Of a DNA stretch of 64,000 nt, positions 41,228 through 51,600 are shown one piece after another. The DNA comes from an uncultured Actinomycetota bacterium (GTDB taxonomy: Bacteria > Actinomycetota > Actinomycetes > Mycobacteriales > Mycobacteriaceae). Both the position numbers and the translations under genes were made by a program. The stretch spans positions 310,017-374,016 of the forward strand of contig CAWJJA010000018.1 of the NCBI GenBank assembly GCA_963843135.1, given 5' to 3'. Position 1 is the first letter of the stretch. Each line of letters starts with the position of its first letter. Below the pieces are notes generated by a model, which did no database searches, had not been told where the DNA came from, and saw only the letters and a list, made by a program, of their open reading frames with translations.

Positions 41228-41356
41228 CCGCACCGCCACGGTGGGACTGCACTCTAAGTGCCAAGCTATGAGCGATTTAGTCGCTGAAGGTGGGCTCGGC
41301 CCTCTTTGCCAGGCTTGTTGTGAGTCAGGTTGGCTCACCTTTAGTCGAGGGAGTGG

Positions 41357-41794
41357 GTGTTGTCGTTCAGGGCGGGGTTTACCACGGCAGAGGTCCGTGA
41401 ATTTGTGTTCGAGTACCACAGTTTGGGCTATGGGCAGAGGGCACCGTGGCTGGCTGAACGTGGAATTAGCAAGGACCGCATGTACCGGTGGCGCAGCGCA
41501 GTGTTCGACGGTGACCTCGACAGGGGCTTGATACCGCGGGAAGGTAGTCCTGTGACTGTGCCTTCAGATAGGCGGAGTGCCCTGGCGGAGACGCGTGCAT
41601 CCGAGCGGGCTGCCCATAGCGCCGAGGTCGAACGGCTCCAAGCCCGTGTCCGCGAGTTGGAGCAAGCCAACAATGCACTGGGAAAAGCTATCGGGCTCTT
41701 GCACGAGAGGAACGAGCACGAGCCCGCCGACACCCCGACGAGCAACAATCGGTCGGATTCCTCGACGTCGAGAACCGACTCGTCACCGAGCTGA
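41357..41794 (+). CDS. IS3-family transposase OrfA (HTH / coiled-coil), 145 aa
   Basis: GTG 41357 follows GAGGGAG. A leucine-zipper-like region, AEVERLQARVRELEQANNALGKAIGLL, ends at the slippery site. Confidence 0.8.
   Translation: MLSFRAGFTTAEVREFVFEYHSLGYGQRAPWLAERGISKDRMYRWRSAVFDGDLDRGLIPREGSPVTVPSDRRSALAETRASERAAHSAEVERLQARVRELEQANNALGKAIGLLHERNEHEPADTPTSNNRSDSSTSRTDSSPS
41680..41686 (+). other. candidate programmed -1 ribosomal frameshift heptamer G_GGA_AAA
   Basis: In the orfA frame the codons read ctG GGA AAA gct. The orfB frame (-1) is open from 41620. Slippage would give ...NNALGK/SYRALAREE...LAMIELSRSTWHY..., a fused OrfAB of about 477 aa. Confidence 0.55.
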
Positions 41795-41829
41795 CTGCAG
41801 CGCTGGGGTCACAGCGTCAGGCGCTGGCG

Positions 41830-42789
41830 ATGATCGAGTTGTCCCGATCCACGTGGCATTACCGACATCAGCCGCGTAGCGCTGTGGCACAACCGATTCC
41901 GCAGGCAGATCGGGCTTACCCGTCGCGAATCGACGCCGCCGACCGCGGGCAGATCGAAGCGCTGATCACCGCGAGCTGGGCGAAGGGCGTGTCCGTGGAT
42001 CACGCGTTCGCAACCGCGTGGGACGAGGGGATCATGTTGGCCTCGCGACGCAGTTGGTGGCGCATCGCCACCGGCATCGCCGATCAGTCAGCCCGTCCCC
42101 TCACCCCGACAAAGGCCCGCAACAACGCCGGCCCTCGGCCAGCACCGATACTCAAGGCCACCGGCCCCCAACATGTATGGAGTTGGGACATCACCGATCT
42201 GCGCAGCCCGTGGCGCGGGGTGGCGTTCAAGGCGTATTCAATCATCGACATTTTCTCTCGCAAGATCGTCGGCTGGCGGGTCGAGGAACGCGAAGTCGAC
42301 GCCCTGGCGATCCAGATGTTCGAGGACGCGTTCACCGCCCACGGCGTTCCCGCCGCGGTGCACGCTGATTCTGGGCCGGCGATGCGCTCACACGACCTCA
42401 AAAAACTCCTGGCCGACCACTGTGTCGTCGAGACCCACAACCGACCACGGGTCAGCAACGACAACCCGTTCTCCGAGTCGGAGTTCCGGACCATGAAGTA
42501 CCGGCCCAACTACCCCGGCATCTTCATCACTATCGACGATGCCCGCGCCTACATGGCCCAATATGTGCCCTGGTACAACACCCAACATAAGCATTCTGGG
42601 ATCGCGTTATTTTGCCCGGACCAGGTCCATGACGGCACCTGGCGCCAGTACTGGCAGCGCCGTGAGCACACCCAGCAGACCTACTACCAGGACCACCCAG
42701 AACGGTTCCGACAAAAGCCGCGAACACCAAGCCCCGCCAACACCGTCGGCATCAACCTCCCCGACCCCCAACGACTCCAAGCAGCTTGA
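41830..42789 (+). CDS. IS3-family transposase OrfB (rve/DDE integrase core), 319 aa from the first ATG
   Basis: The DDE triad is in WSWDITDL, 60 aa later in VHADSGPAM, and 36 aa later in NDNPFSESEF. The frame is -1 relative to orfA. It is probably expressed mainly as the OrfAB fusion. Confidence 0.85.
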   Translation: MIELSRSTWHYRHQPRSAVAQPIPQADRAYPSRIDAADRGQIEALITASWAKGVSVDHAFATAWDEGIMLASRRSWWRIATGIADQSARPLTPTKARNNAGPRPAPILKATGPQHVWSWDITDLRSPWRGVAFKAYSIIDIFSRKIVGWRVEEREVDALAIQMFEDAFTAHGVPAAVHADSGPAMRSHDLKKLLADHCVVETHNRPRVSNDNPFSESEFRTMKYRPNYPGIFITIDDARAYMAQYVPWYNTQHKHSGIALFCPDQVHDGTWRQYWQRREHTQQTYYQDHPERFRQKPRTPSPANTVGINLPDPQRLQAA

Positions 42790-42908
42790 CAACGCCCGGG
42801 CGGTAGTAGTTGAGCGACTGTGTCGCTGCGAGGTTGGCAGGACGACATATTCACCCAGACACGGCACCGACGGCGCTACCAACTGGCGGGCCCGCGAGTT
42901 CGACGAGG

Positions 42909-43946
42909 CTAAGAGCTGGCGCGTCCCTCCTCGGTGACCGAATCGATCAGCCAGCGCAGATGCTTGTTGACCGCCTCGGGGCGCTCCAGAATCGCGCAGT
43001 GACCCCCGGACAATTCGACGAACTGCGCAAGGTTGGGGACCTCTTTGGCGATCCGGCGCGACGACACCATCGGCAACAGTCGGTCCTTCTCGCTGCCGAT
43101 CACCATCGTCGGCACGGCGAGGTTCTCCAGCCCGATGTGCTGGTGTGTCCCCAGCGAGTCGACCAGCACGCGGGCCCATCCGCCGCGACCGGCGGGCGGG
43201 GTGGCGTTGAAAAGTTCGAACACGAAGTCGACGATCGACGGGTCCGCGTCGCGGCCCACCGCGATCGTCGACACGAACCGTCGGCTGGTTAACTCGGCTG
43301 CTCGCAGAAGCGGTGCCGCACCAAACGTTTTCAGCAGTGCGCCCGCCGCACGCACCCTGGCGCCCGTCAGCGGCGGCGGCACCGGCAGGAACTGCACATG
43401 CCGCAGCAGGTCGCCGGTCGTGGTGTTGATCAGGGCGACCGCATCGACACATTGTGACACCCGGTGGGGATAGCGCTCCGCCCACGAGGAGATCGCGATG
43501 CCGCCCATCGAATGGCCGGCGAGGACGGCGCGCTCCCCCGGCGCGAGGGTGGCGTCGAGCACGGCGTCGATGTCGTCGGCCAGGCGATCGAGGCTGTAGC
43601 CGCTGCGCCGGACGGGTACGGCACTGCGACCGTGACCTCGGTGATCGAAGGCGATGACACGGTGATCCTTCGCGAGGTCGGCGATCTGGTAGGCCCACAC
43701 CCGAAGCGCGCAGGTGATGCCGTGGGCCAGCACGACGGGGTAACCGTCCTCGGGGCCGAAGACCTCAGCATGCAGGCGGATGCCGTCCTTGGAACGCACG
43801 CCGATACTGCGGCCGCGGCCCAACGCCTCCGCCGCGGCGAACCGCCTCGCCTGTGGTCGGCGTCCCTGACCTCGTCCCATGGGTGCTCCCATCGCGCTCG
43901 GCAACATCGCCGGACCCCTCAGCCTACCGGTGGGTTGGGAGAACAT
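42909..43946 (-). CDS. alpha/beta hydrolase, up to 345 aa (start uncertain)
   Basis: Translation shows VVLAHGITCALRVW, nucleophile elbow LAGHSMGG and C-terminal GGHCAILERPE. Alternative starts are M14, M19 and M23 (the last at 43880). Confidence 0.8.
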   Translation of the reverse strand: MFSQPTGRLRGPAMLPSAMGAPMGRGQGRRPQARRFAAAEALGRGRSIGVRSKDGIRLHAEVFGPEDGYPVVLAHGITCALRVWAYQIADLAKDHRVIAFDHRGHGRSAVPVRRSGYSLDRLADDIDAVLDATLAPGERAVLAGHSMGGIAISSWAERYPHRVSQCVDAVALINTTTGDLLRHVQFLPVPPPLTGARVRAAGALLKTFGAAPLLRAAELTSRRFVSTIAVGRDADPSIVDFVFELFNATPPAGRGGWARVLVDSLGTHQHIGLENLAVPTMVIGSEKDRLLPMVSSRRIAKEVPNLAQFVELSGGHCAILERPEAVNKHLRWLIDSVTEEGRASS

Positions 43947-43989
43947 CCCGCAGGAGTTAAATGGTGGCGTCGACCAAAGAAAGGCCGCA

Positions 43990-44961
43990 ATGCGTGCGAT
44001 ACAGATAGCCAGCCTGGACGGACCGCAAGCCGCGAAGCTCGTCGAGATCGACGAGCCGACCGGCGACGGCGCCGTCCTGATCGATGTGCACGCTGCCGGG
44101 GTGGCGTTTCCCGATGCGCTGCAGTCGCGCGGTCTCTATCAGTACAAGCCGGAGATGCCGTACATCCCTGGCGCGGAGATCGCCGGCGTCGTGCGCAGCG
44201 CCCCCGATGGTGCGCACGTCTCGGCCGGCGATCGGGTGTGCGGCCTGACGATGCTGTGCGGGGCGATGGCGGAAGTCGTGGCGCTGCAGCCGGATCGGGT
44301 GTTCAAGCTGCCCGACTCGGTGTCGTTCGAGGCCGGGGCGGGCCTGCTCTTCAACGACCTGACGATGCATCACGCGTTGCGCACGCGGGGACGCCTCGCC
44401 GAGGGTGAGACGGTGCTCGTGCACGGTGCGGCGGGTGGCATCGGGACGTCGACGCTGCGACTGGCGCCCGCGTGGGGTGCGTCGCGCACCATCGCGGTGG
44501 TCAGTTCCGAGGACAAGATCGCCGTCGCCAAGGCGGCCGGAGCTTCCGACGTCGTGCTGGCCGACGGTTTCAAGGACGCGGTGAAGGAGCTGACCGGTGG
44601 CCGAGGCGTCGACATCGTCGTCGACCCGGTCGGCGGTGACCGGTTCACCGATTCACTGCGCTCGCTTGCGCCCGGCGGACGGCTGCTGGTGATCGGTTTC
44701 ACCGGCGGCGAGATCCCCACCGTCAAGGTGAACCGGTTGCTGCTCAACAACGTCGACGCTGTAGGTGTCGGTTGGGGCGCATGGGCAGGCACGCATCCGG
44801 GCTATCTGCACGAGCAGTGGGCCGAACTGGAGCCGCTGCTGGCGTCGGGCAAGGTTTCCGCGCCGACGCCGGAGGTATATCCGCTCGACCGCGCGGCCGA
44901 TGCGATCGCCTCGCTGGAAGACCGCACCGCGAAGGGCAAAGTCGTCGTCACATTGCGGTGA
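43990..44961 (+). CDS. zinc-independent MDR NADPH:quinone oxidoreductase (zeta-crystallin type), 323 aa
   Basis: ATG 43990 follows AAAGAAAGG (M38 of the 43879 ORF). Translation shows MRAIQIASLDGPQAAKLVEIDEP.. and VLVHGAAGGIGTSTLRLA. Confidence 0.85.
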   Translation: MRAIQIASLDGPQAAKLVEIDEPTGDGAVLIDVHAAGVAFPDALQSRGLYQYKPEMPYIPGAEIAGVVRSAPDGAHVSAGDRVCGLTMLCGAMAEVVALQPDRVFKLPDSVSFEAGAGLLFNDLTMHHALRTRGRLAEGETVLVHGAAGGIGTSTLRLAPAWGASRTIAVVSSEDKIAVAKAAGASDVVLADGFKDAVKELTGGRGVDIVVDPVGGDRFTDSLRSLAPGGRLLVIGFTGGEIPTVKVNRLLLNNVDAVGVGWGAWAGTHPGYLHEQWAELEPLLASGKVSAPTPEVYPLDRAADAIASLEDRTAKGKVVVTLR

Positions 44962-45819
44962 GGCTGCTTCGGCGGCGCCGCAGCGTTGCAGTCCGACGGT
45001 TCGATGCGTCGACGGGCCGGTGGGTGGACACCGATGCCGCTGCCGCGGTCGACCGCGACGAGTTGACCGTCGCGACGTTCAACATCTGGTTCGACGACTA
45101 TCACGCCGAGCAGCGCCACCGAGCGATCGCAGATCTGCTGCGCGAGCGCAGGCCGGATGTGATTGTGCTTCAAGAGGTCACGGCCGCCGCATTCGAGCTG
45201 TTCGCCGGCCAGCCGTGGATACGGGACGAATATCTGAGCGTTTCGGCGGTCGGCGGCGACACCGGCAACTACGGCATGCTGATGTTGTCGCGGGTGCCCG
45301 TCGCCCGGGCCGCCTACACCCGTCTGCCCACCCGCCAATCGCGTGGATTCCTCGACGCGGATCTTGGCGTGACGCGGCGCCCGGCTTATCGTCTGCTGTC
45401 TGCACCTCGACAGCGGCAAGTCCTCGGCGCGGCTGCGCGCGTGGCAGTTACGCAGGATTTTCCGCGCGATGAAGAAGGCCGATGATGCGGTGCTGCTCGG
45501 CGATTTCAACATGCGCGATACGGAGAACGGACGGATCGCCGCGCCCTATTGCGACATCTGGCCGGCGCTGAGGCCGCACGATCCCGGGTTCACAGAAGAC
45601 ACGTCGATCAATCACATGCGGTTCGACGCCAGAAACAAGAAGAGACACGTGCGCTTCGACCGCGTGCTACTCAAGGGGAACCGTTGGCGCGCAGCGGATA
45701 TCGAGCTGTTGGGCACGCAGCCGATCTCACCTGAACTTCCGCGCGTGTTCCCGTCTGACCACTTCGGCGTCGAATGCCGCCTCGTCAAAATCACAGGTAC
45801 GGGTCAGCCCAGGCGCTGA
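44958..45819 (+). pseudogene. endonuclease/exonuclease/phosphatase (EEP) family protein with one frame disruption
   Basis: GTG 44958 forms a GTGA overlap with the preceding gene. The N-terminal part is LTVATFNIWFDD..VIVLQEV..GFLDADLGV. The conserved continuation RGARLIVCCLHLDSGKSSARLRAWQLRRIFRAMKKADDAVLLGDFNMRD...PSDHFGV lies in another frame from about 45370-45376 onward. Confidence 0.75.
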
Positions 45820-46552
45820 TGATCCTCGCTGCCCGCGCCGCCTGGTCCTTACCGGTGAGCAGATGATCTGCGCCCTCGAGCGAGACGAAGCTGCGGGGAT
45901 GCCGTGCAGCGCGGAAGATCTCGCTCGCGTTGGCGATGCCGACGGTGTTGTCGGTCGGTGAATGCATCACGAGCAGGGCCCGGCGCAAGGTTCGAATCTG
46001 CTCGCGCAGGTCGGTGTTGCGGACGTCCTCGATGAAATGTCGTTTGAGCGTGAGCGCCTTGCCGCCGGCCAGGAACCGTGCCTCGCCCTCGGCCTCGATC
46101 CGCGCCAGCAGCGCGTCGTAATTGTGTTCGACATGGGCGGGTTGATACGGCGCCCCGATACTGGCCACCGCAGCCACACCCGGGCATTCGTGGGCGGCGG
46201 CGATGACGGCCGAGCCCCCGAACGAGTGCCCGACCAGCAGTCGCACCTCGCGGTCCGAGGAGTTCATGAACTCCACCGCCCGAACGGTGTCGGCGACCTT
46301 GTGTGAGAACGACCCGTCGCCCCAGTCCCCCTCGGAATCCCCCAGCCCAAGGTTGTCGAAGCGCAGCACACCGATGCCTTCGGCGGCGAGTTGTTTGCAG
46401 ATCCGGCTGGCGGCGGGGCTGTCCTTCCCGAGGGTGAAGCCGTGGGCGAAGACGGCCCATCCACGCAGCTCACGGTCGGGCAGATCGACGAGACCGGCCA
46501 GGGTGGGACCCGTGGTGCTCGGAAATCTCACGCGCTCGGCCACGCGCGTCAT
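45791..46552 (-). CDS. alpha/beta hydrolase (dienelactone-hydrolase-like), 253 aa from MTRVAERV
   Basis: Translation shows WAVFAHGFTLGKDS, nucleophile elbow LVGHSFGGSA and ...GADHLL. The start is placed at ATG 46552 (M33), because the M1 start (46648) would overlap the htpG start. The 3' end overlaps the convergent EEP gene by 29 nt. Confidence 0.75.
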   Translation of the reverse strand: MTRVAERVRFPSTTGPTLAGLVDLPDRELRGWAVFAHGFTLGKDSPAASRICKQLAAEGIGVLRFDNLGLGDSEGDWGDGSFSHKVADTVRAVEFMNSSDREVRLLVGHSFGGSAVIAAAHECPGVAAVASIGAPYQPAHVEHNYDALLARIEAEGEARFLAGGKALTLKRHFIEDVRNTDLREQIRTLRRALLVMHSPTDNTVGIANASEIFRAARHPRSFVSLEGADHLLTGKDQAARAARIISAWADPYL

Positions 46553-46646
46553 CCTGTCATGGAGGTGAGGCGCCGAGGCGTCAATAGGCGCGCTCGGTAC
46601 CATCGTCGCGGTTATCTGCAACAGAACGTGCTTCGAACGGAATGAC

Positions 46647-48587
46647 ATGACTGCACACGTCGAACAGTTGGAGTTTCAGGCGGAAGCACGCCAGCTGCTG
46701 GATCTGATGATCCACTCGGTCTACTCCAACAAGGACTCCTTTCTGCGCGAGTTGATCTCGAACGCCTCCGATGCGCTGGACAAGGTTCGACTCGAAGCGC
46801 TGCGGAACAAGGATCTGGACGTCGACACCTCCGACCTTCACGTCGAGGTCGAGGCGGACAAGGATGCGCGCACGCTGACCGTTCGCGACGACGGGATCGG
46901 GATGACGCGCGAGGAGGTCGTGGATCTGATCGGCACCCTCGCCAAATCAGGTACGGCCACTCTGCGTCAGCAGTTGAAGGAGGCCAAGAACGCCGCCGCC
47001 TCCGAGGAGTTGATCGGCCAATTCGGTATCGGCTTCTACTCGACGTTCATGGTGGCCGACAAGGTCGAGCTACTCACGCGCAAGGCCGGCGAAAGTGCTG
47101 CCACCCGCTGGGTGTCCAGCGGCGATGGCACCTACACCGTGGAGTCCGTCGACGATGCCCCACGGGGAACGTCCGTGACGTTGCACCTCAAGCCGGTGGA
47201 CGCCGAGGACGAGCTGCACGACTACACCTCTGAGTCCAAGCTCAGGGAGTTGGTGAAGAAGTACTCCGACTTCATCGCCTGGCCGATCCGGATGCAGGTC
47301 GAGCGACGCACCCCGGCCGCCGAGGAGGGTGGCGAGGAGCTCGTCACCCTTGAAACCCAGACCCTCAACTCGATGAAGGCACTGTGGGCCAAGTCCAAAG
47401 ACGAGGTCTCCGAGGACGAGTACAAGGAGTTCTACAAGCACATCGCTCACGCCTGGGACGACCCACTCGAGGTCATCGCAATGAAGGCCGAGGGCACCTT
47501 CGAGTACCAGGCCCTGCTGTTCATCCCGTCGCACGCGCCGTTCGACCTCTTCACCCGGGACGCCAAGACCGGGGTGCAGCTCTATGTCAAACGGGTGTTC
47601 GTCATGGACGATTGTGACGAGCTCATGCCGACGTACCTGCGCTTCGTCAAGGGGGTCGTCGATGCACAGGACATGTCGCTCAACGTTTCTCGCGAACTCT
47701 TGCAGCAGGATCGGCAGCTCACGGCAATCCGGCGCCGCCTGACAAAGAAGGTCCTGTCGACGGTCAAGACTCTGCAGTCAGAGCGCGCAGAGGACTACCG
47801 CACGTTCTGGACCCAGTTCGGCACGGTTCTCAAGGAGGGCCTGATGTCGGACTTCGAAAACCAGGACACATTGCTGCGCATTTCGTCGTTCGCTTCGACA
47901 CATAGCGACGAGGAACTCACGACCCTTGCCGAGTATGTCGAGCGCATGAAGGACGGTCAGGAGCAGATCTTCTATGCCGCCGGACAATCGCGTGAGCAGC
48001 TTCTGAAGTCTCCGCACCTCGAGGCGTTCAAGGCGAGGGGCTACGAAGTGCTTCTGCTCACCGACCCGGTCGACGAGATATGGGTGCAATCGGTGACCGA
48101 GTTCGACGGCAAACCGCTGCAGTCGGTGGCCAAAGGCGAGGTGGACCTTGACTCGGAGGACGAGAAAGCTGCGCACGCCGCCGAGCGCGAGGAACAGGAG
48201 CGGGATTTCGCCGAGCTGTTCACCTGGCTGAAGGAGGTGCTGAGTGACCACGTCAAGGAAGTGCGGTTGTCCACCCGCCTGACCGAGTCTCCCGCCTGCC
48301 TGATCACCGACGCCTTCGGAATGACACCGTCGCTGGCACGCATCTACCGGGCGTCCGGACAGGCGGTTCCAATCGGGAAACGGATCCTCGAGCTCAACCC
48401 GAATCATGCGCTCGTCACCGCCCTGCAACAAGCGCACAAGGCGGGCGGCGATGATGCACAGATGTCCCGGCTTGCCGAGACTGCCGAATTACTTTATGGC
48501 ACAGCCCTTCTCGCAGAGGGCGACATACCCGAGGATCCGGCCAAGTTCGCCGGACTCCTTGCCGGCCGCCTGGCCGGCACCGTGTGA
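46647..48587 (+). CDS. htpG: molecular chaperone HtpG (Hsp90), 646 aa
   Basis: The N-terminal GHKL ATPase motifs are EARQLLDLMIHSVYSNKDSFLRELISNASDALDK and GQFGIGFYS. The Hsp90 architecture is full length. Confidence 0.97.
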   Translation: MTAHVEQLEFQAEARQLLDLMIHSVYSNKDSFLRELISNASDALDKVRLEALRNKDLDVDTSDLHVEVEADKDARTLTVRDDGIGMTREEVVDLIGTLAKSGTATLRQQLKEAKNAAASEELIGQFGIGFYSTFMVADKVELLTRKAGESAATRWVSSGDGTYTVESVDDAPRGTSVTLHLKPVDAEDELHDYTSESKLRELVKKYSDFIAWPIRMQVERRTPAAEEGGEELVTLETQTLNSMKALWAKSKDEVSEDEYKEFYKHIAHAWDDPLEVIAMKAEGTFEYQALLFIPSHAPFDLFTRDAKTGVQLYVKRVFVMDDCDELMPTYLRFVKGVVDAQDMSLNVSRELLQQDRQLTAIRRRLTKKVLSTVKTLQSERAEDYRTFWTQFGTVLKEGLMSDFENQDTLLRISSFASTHSDEELTTLAEYVERMKDGQEQIFYAAGQSREQLLKSPHLEAFKARGYEVLLLTDPVDEIWVQSVTEFDGKPLQSVAKGEVDLDSEDEKAAHAAEREEQERDFAELFTWLKEVLSDHVKEVRLSTRLTESPACLITDAFGMTPSLARIYRASGQAVPIGKRILELNPNHALVTALQQAHKAGGDDAQMSRLAETAELLYGTALLAEGDIPEDPAKFAGLLAGRLAGTV

Positions 48588-48601
48588 GGCCACGTGCGCG
48601 A

Positions 48602-51600
48602 CTAGAGCAGGCCGAGTAGTTCCAGGTCGGTGACGTACTTGACGATGGTGGGCGCGGTGATGTGGGGGATGTCGTCGCCGGAACCGATCCTCGCTTCCTG
48701 CACGGCAGCGCGGAACCGGTCGGTGGGCCCGTAGGCGCCGAGTGCCGGCTCCGGGGCCTGCAGACTTCCGGCACGCTGGAGCAGCACCTCGAGCAGTTGA
48801 AGCACAGAGTGCTGGCGCTGTACATCCGGCAACTGGCGCAGCCCGGTCTCGAAACGCTGCACCCATTCTCCGAAGTCGGCGATGCGCTCGATGGGATAGC
48901 CGGCCTCGATCAGCCAATCGACATACTCGTCGAGCCCGATGCCGTCGTCGTGCGGGTTCATCGCGTGGTAGGTCTCGAAGCCGTCGACCACCGAAGTGCC
49001 CAACGTCGCGATCGCCTCGGCGACGAAATCGACAGGCAGCCCGTCGAAGTGCGCGCGTTGCCGGTGGCCGTCCGCATCGAGTCGATAGAACGATTGGGGT
49101 GCGACGCCGGTGGCGACCACGCTCAGCACCATCCGAGCCGCATTGTCGGAGGCATTGAGCTGACCGGCATATGTGGTGTCGGCCATGATCATGTCGCAGC
49201 GGAACACCGCGACCGGCAGCCCGCACAGGTCGTGGGCCTCGCGCAGCAGCACCTCGGCGGCCCACTTGCTGTTGCCGTAGCCGTTGGCGTAGCTGCCGTC
49301 GACGGCCCGGGTGGGACTGATGACCCGGATGTCGGCGTCCTCGGTGAAGACACACTGCTCGATCTGTTGGCTGACGTCGGCAGTCGACACGTAGGTGAAG
49401 GACTTCAGCTTCGTGGTCAGCGCGAACCGGATCAACTCGGCAGTGCCGACAACGTTGGGGCCGAACAACTCTCGATAGGGCAGGACGCCGTTGACGAACG
49501 CGGCGGAATCGACGATCAGATCGACGGTGTCGGCCAGCCGCTGCCAGGTCTGCTGATCCAGTCCCAGGTTCGCCTTACCCTTGTCCCCCGCGATGACTTC
49601 CAGATGCTCGTCGGCCAATTCCCGGAAGTGCCTTAGCAATTCGGTGTCGCCGCTGTCAAAGGTCTCCTCCAGCCGGCGCCGCGCATCGTCGTCGTCCTTG
49701 CCCCGCACCAAGCAGATGAGCCTGCCGTCGACCGAGTCCAGCCGTTCCAGCCATTCCAGGGCCAGGTAGCGCCCCAGGAATCCCGTCGCCCCGGTCAACA
49801 GCACCGTGCGCACTTCGATGCTGGGCGGTGGCAGCGTGGGGGCGGCGGTCAGGATCGTCTCGTCGATGAACTTGTCCAGCGTGAGGTCACCGGCGTGCAC
49901 CTGCGTGGCGTCGCGGCCATGCACGGAGGCAAAACTCGGTCCGTTGGCTGCCGATATCGCGGCCGAGCCGGCATCGCCGTCCAGGTGCCGACTCAGGCTA
50001 CTGACCGTCGGCGCCTCGAATATCGCATGCACCGCAACGTCGGCGTTGAGACCTGTGTTGATGGCGGCGATCACCCGCATCGCAGAAATCGAATCGCCGC
50101 CGAGGTCGAAGAAGGAGTCGTCGACCCCAACCCGATCGACTCCGAGGACTTGGGCGTAGATCCCCGCCATCAGCTCTTCCACCGCGTTGGAAGGCGCGCG
50201 GTACACAGTGGCGATGTCGCGGTACTCCGGGGCCTGCAAGGCGGCGGTGTCGAGTTTGTTGTTGGACGTCAGCGGCAGCGCATCCAACACCACGATCGCC
50301 GAGGGCACCATATAGGCCGGTAGCCGGTCTGCGAGTCGAGCCCTCAGCTCGCTCGGGTCGGCGGTCCCGGTGATGTAGCCGACCAGGCGCTTATCACCCG
50401 GGCGGTCCTCGCGCGCGATCACCACCGCCTGCTCCACCCCGTCGAGCTCGGCGAGCGCGGCCTGGATCTCACCCAGTTCGATGCGATAGCCGCGGATCTT
50501 GACCTGCTCATCGGCACGGCCCAGGTACTGCAGCTGCCCGTCGGGGCCCCACCGCACCAGATCCCCGGTGCGATACATCCTTTTTCCCTGTGCACCCGCC
50601 GCCCCGAACGGGCACGCCACAAACCGGGACGCCGTCAAATCGGACCGCCCTACGTAGCCTGCCGTCACGCCCTCACCGGCCACATACAACTCACCGACGA
50701 CGCCCGCAGGCACCGGCTGCATCCATGTGTTCAACACGAACAGTGCCGCCCCGGGCACCGGCGACCCGATCGGCACAACACCCGATCCCGGTGACAGCGG
50801 CGAACTGATCGCCACACACATCGTGGTCTCGGTCGGTCCGTACGCGTTGATCATCACCCGCCCCGGAGCCCACCGATCCGCCACCTCGGCCGGGCAGGCC
50901 TCGCCGACCACTGCCAACGCTGTGGACTCCAGACCGTCGGGCGACAGCATCGACACGGCCGACGGGGTCTGGGTGAGTACGGTCACCTGTTCGCTCACCA
51001 GCACGTCGTGGAAATTCTGCGGCGACTTCGTCACCGCCTCGGGCACCACCACCAGCCGACCACCCCGCAGCAGCGCGCCGCAGATCTCCCACACGGAAAC
51101 ATCGAACGCCAACGAATGACACAGTGGCCACACGCCCGCTGGCGGAAGGCCGGCGTCCAGTGACGCCATCAGTCGCGTCACGTTGTGATGAGTGACGGCA
51201 ACACCTTTGGGAACGCCGGTGGTGCCGGACGTATAGATCAGATACGCGACATCGTCCGGTGTCGGCGCCTGCAACTGGGCGTCGGGTTGGGCATCTGTGG
51301 CGGGATCGTCGAGGTCGATGACCAACAACCCGCACCCGTCCAACCGCGACCGCAGCCCGGCGGTGGTGATCACCGCGGCCGGCGCGGCATCAGCGAGGAT
51401 GAACTCCAACCTCGCCGCGGGCACCGCCGGGTCGATCGGCAGATACGCCGCCCCGGTCTTGAGCACCGCGAGAATCGCGATGACGGCCGCGGCGGTTCGC
51501 TCCGACATCAGCGCCACACACTCGCCCTGGCCCACGCCCTCGGCTGCCAGCAGATGCGCCAGTGCGTCGGCGGCCTCATCCAGTTCGCGATAGGTCCACG

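Larger units (their letters stand above)
41259..42839 (+). mobile_element. IS3-family insertion sequence, about 1581 bp, two overlapping-phase ORFs
   Basis: The imperfect terminal inverted repeats are TGCCAAGCTATGAGCGATTTAGTCGCTGAA (41259-) and the reverse complement of ...42839, TGCCAACCTCGCAGCGACACAGTCGCTCAA. By my count 22 of 30 positions match, with TG...CA ends. It encloses orfA/orfB with D-60-D-36-E spacing. No flanking direct repeat was found. Confidence 0.7.

Noticed and set aside
41250-41261. A small hairpin, GCACT-CTA-AGTGC, after aofH, considered as a terminator.
   Set aside because: It has only a 5-bp stem and runs into the first bases of the IS left inverted repeat, so it is probably fortuitous.
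46553-46646. A search for an HspR (HAIR, CTTGAGT-N7-ACTCAAG) or HrcA (CIRCE) operator upstream of htpG.
   Set aside because: Neither motif, nor a close variant, is present in the 94-nt interval.
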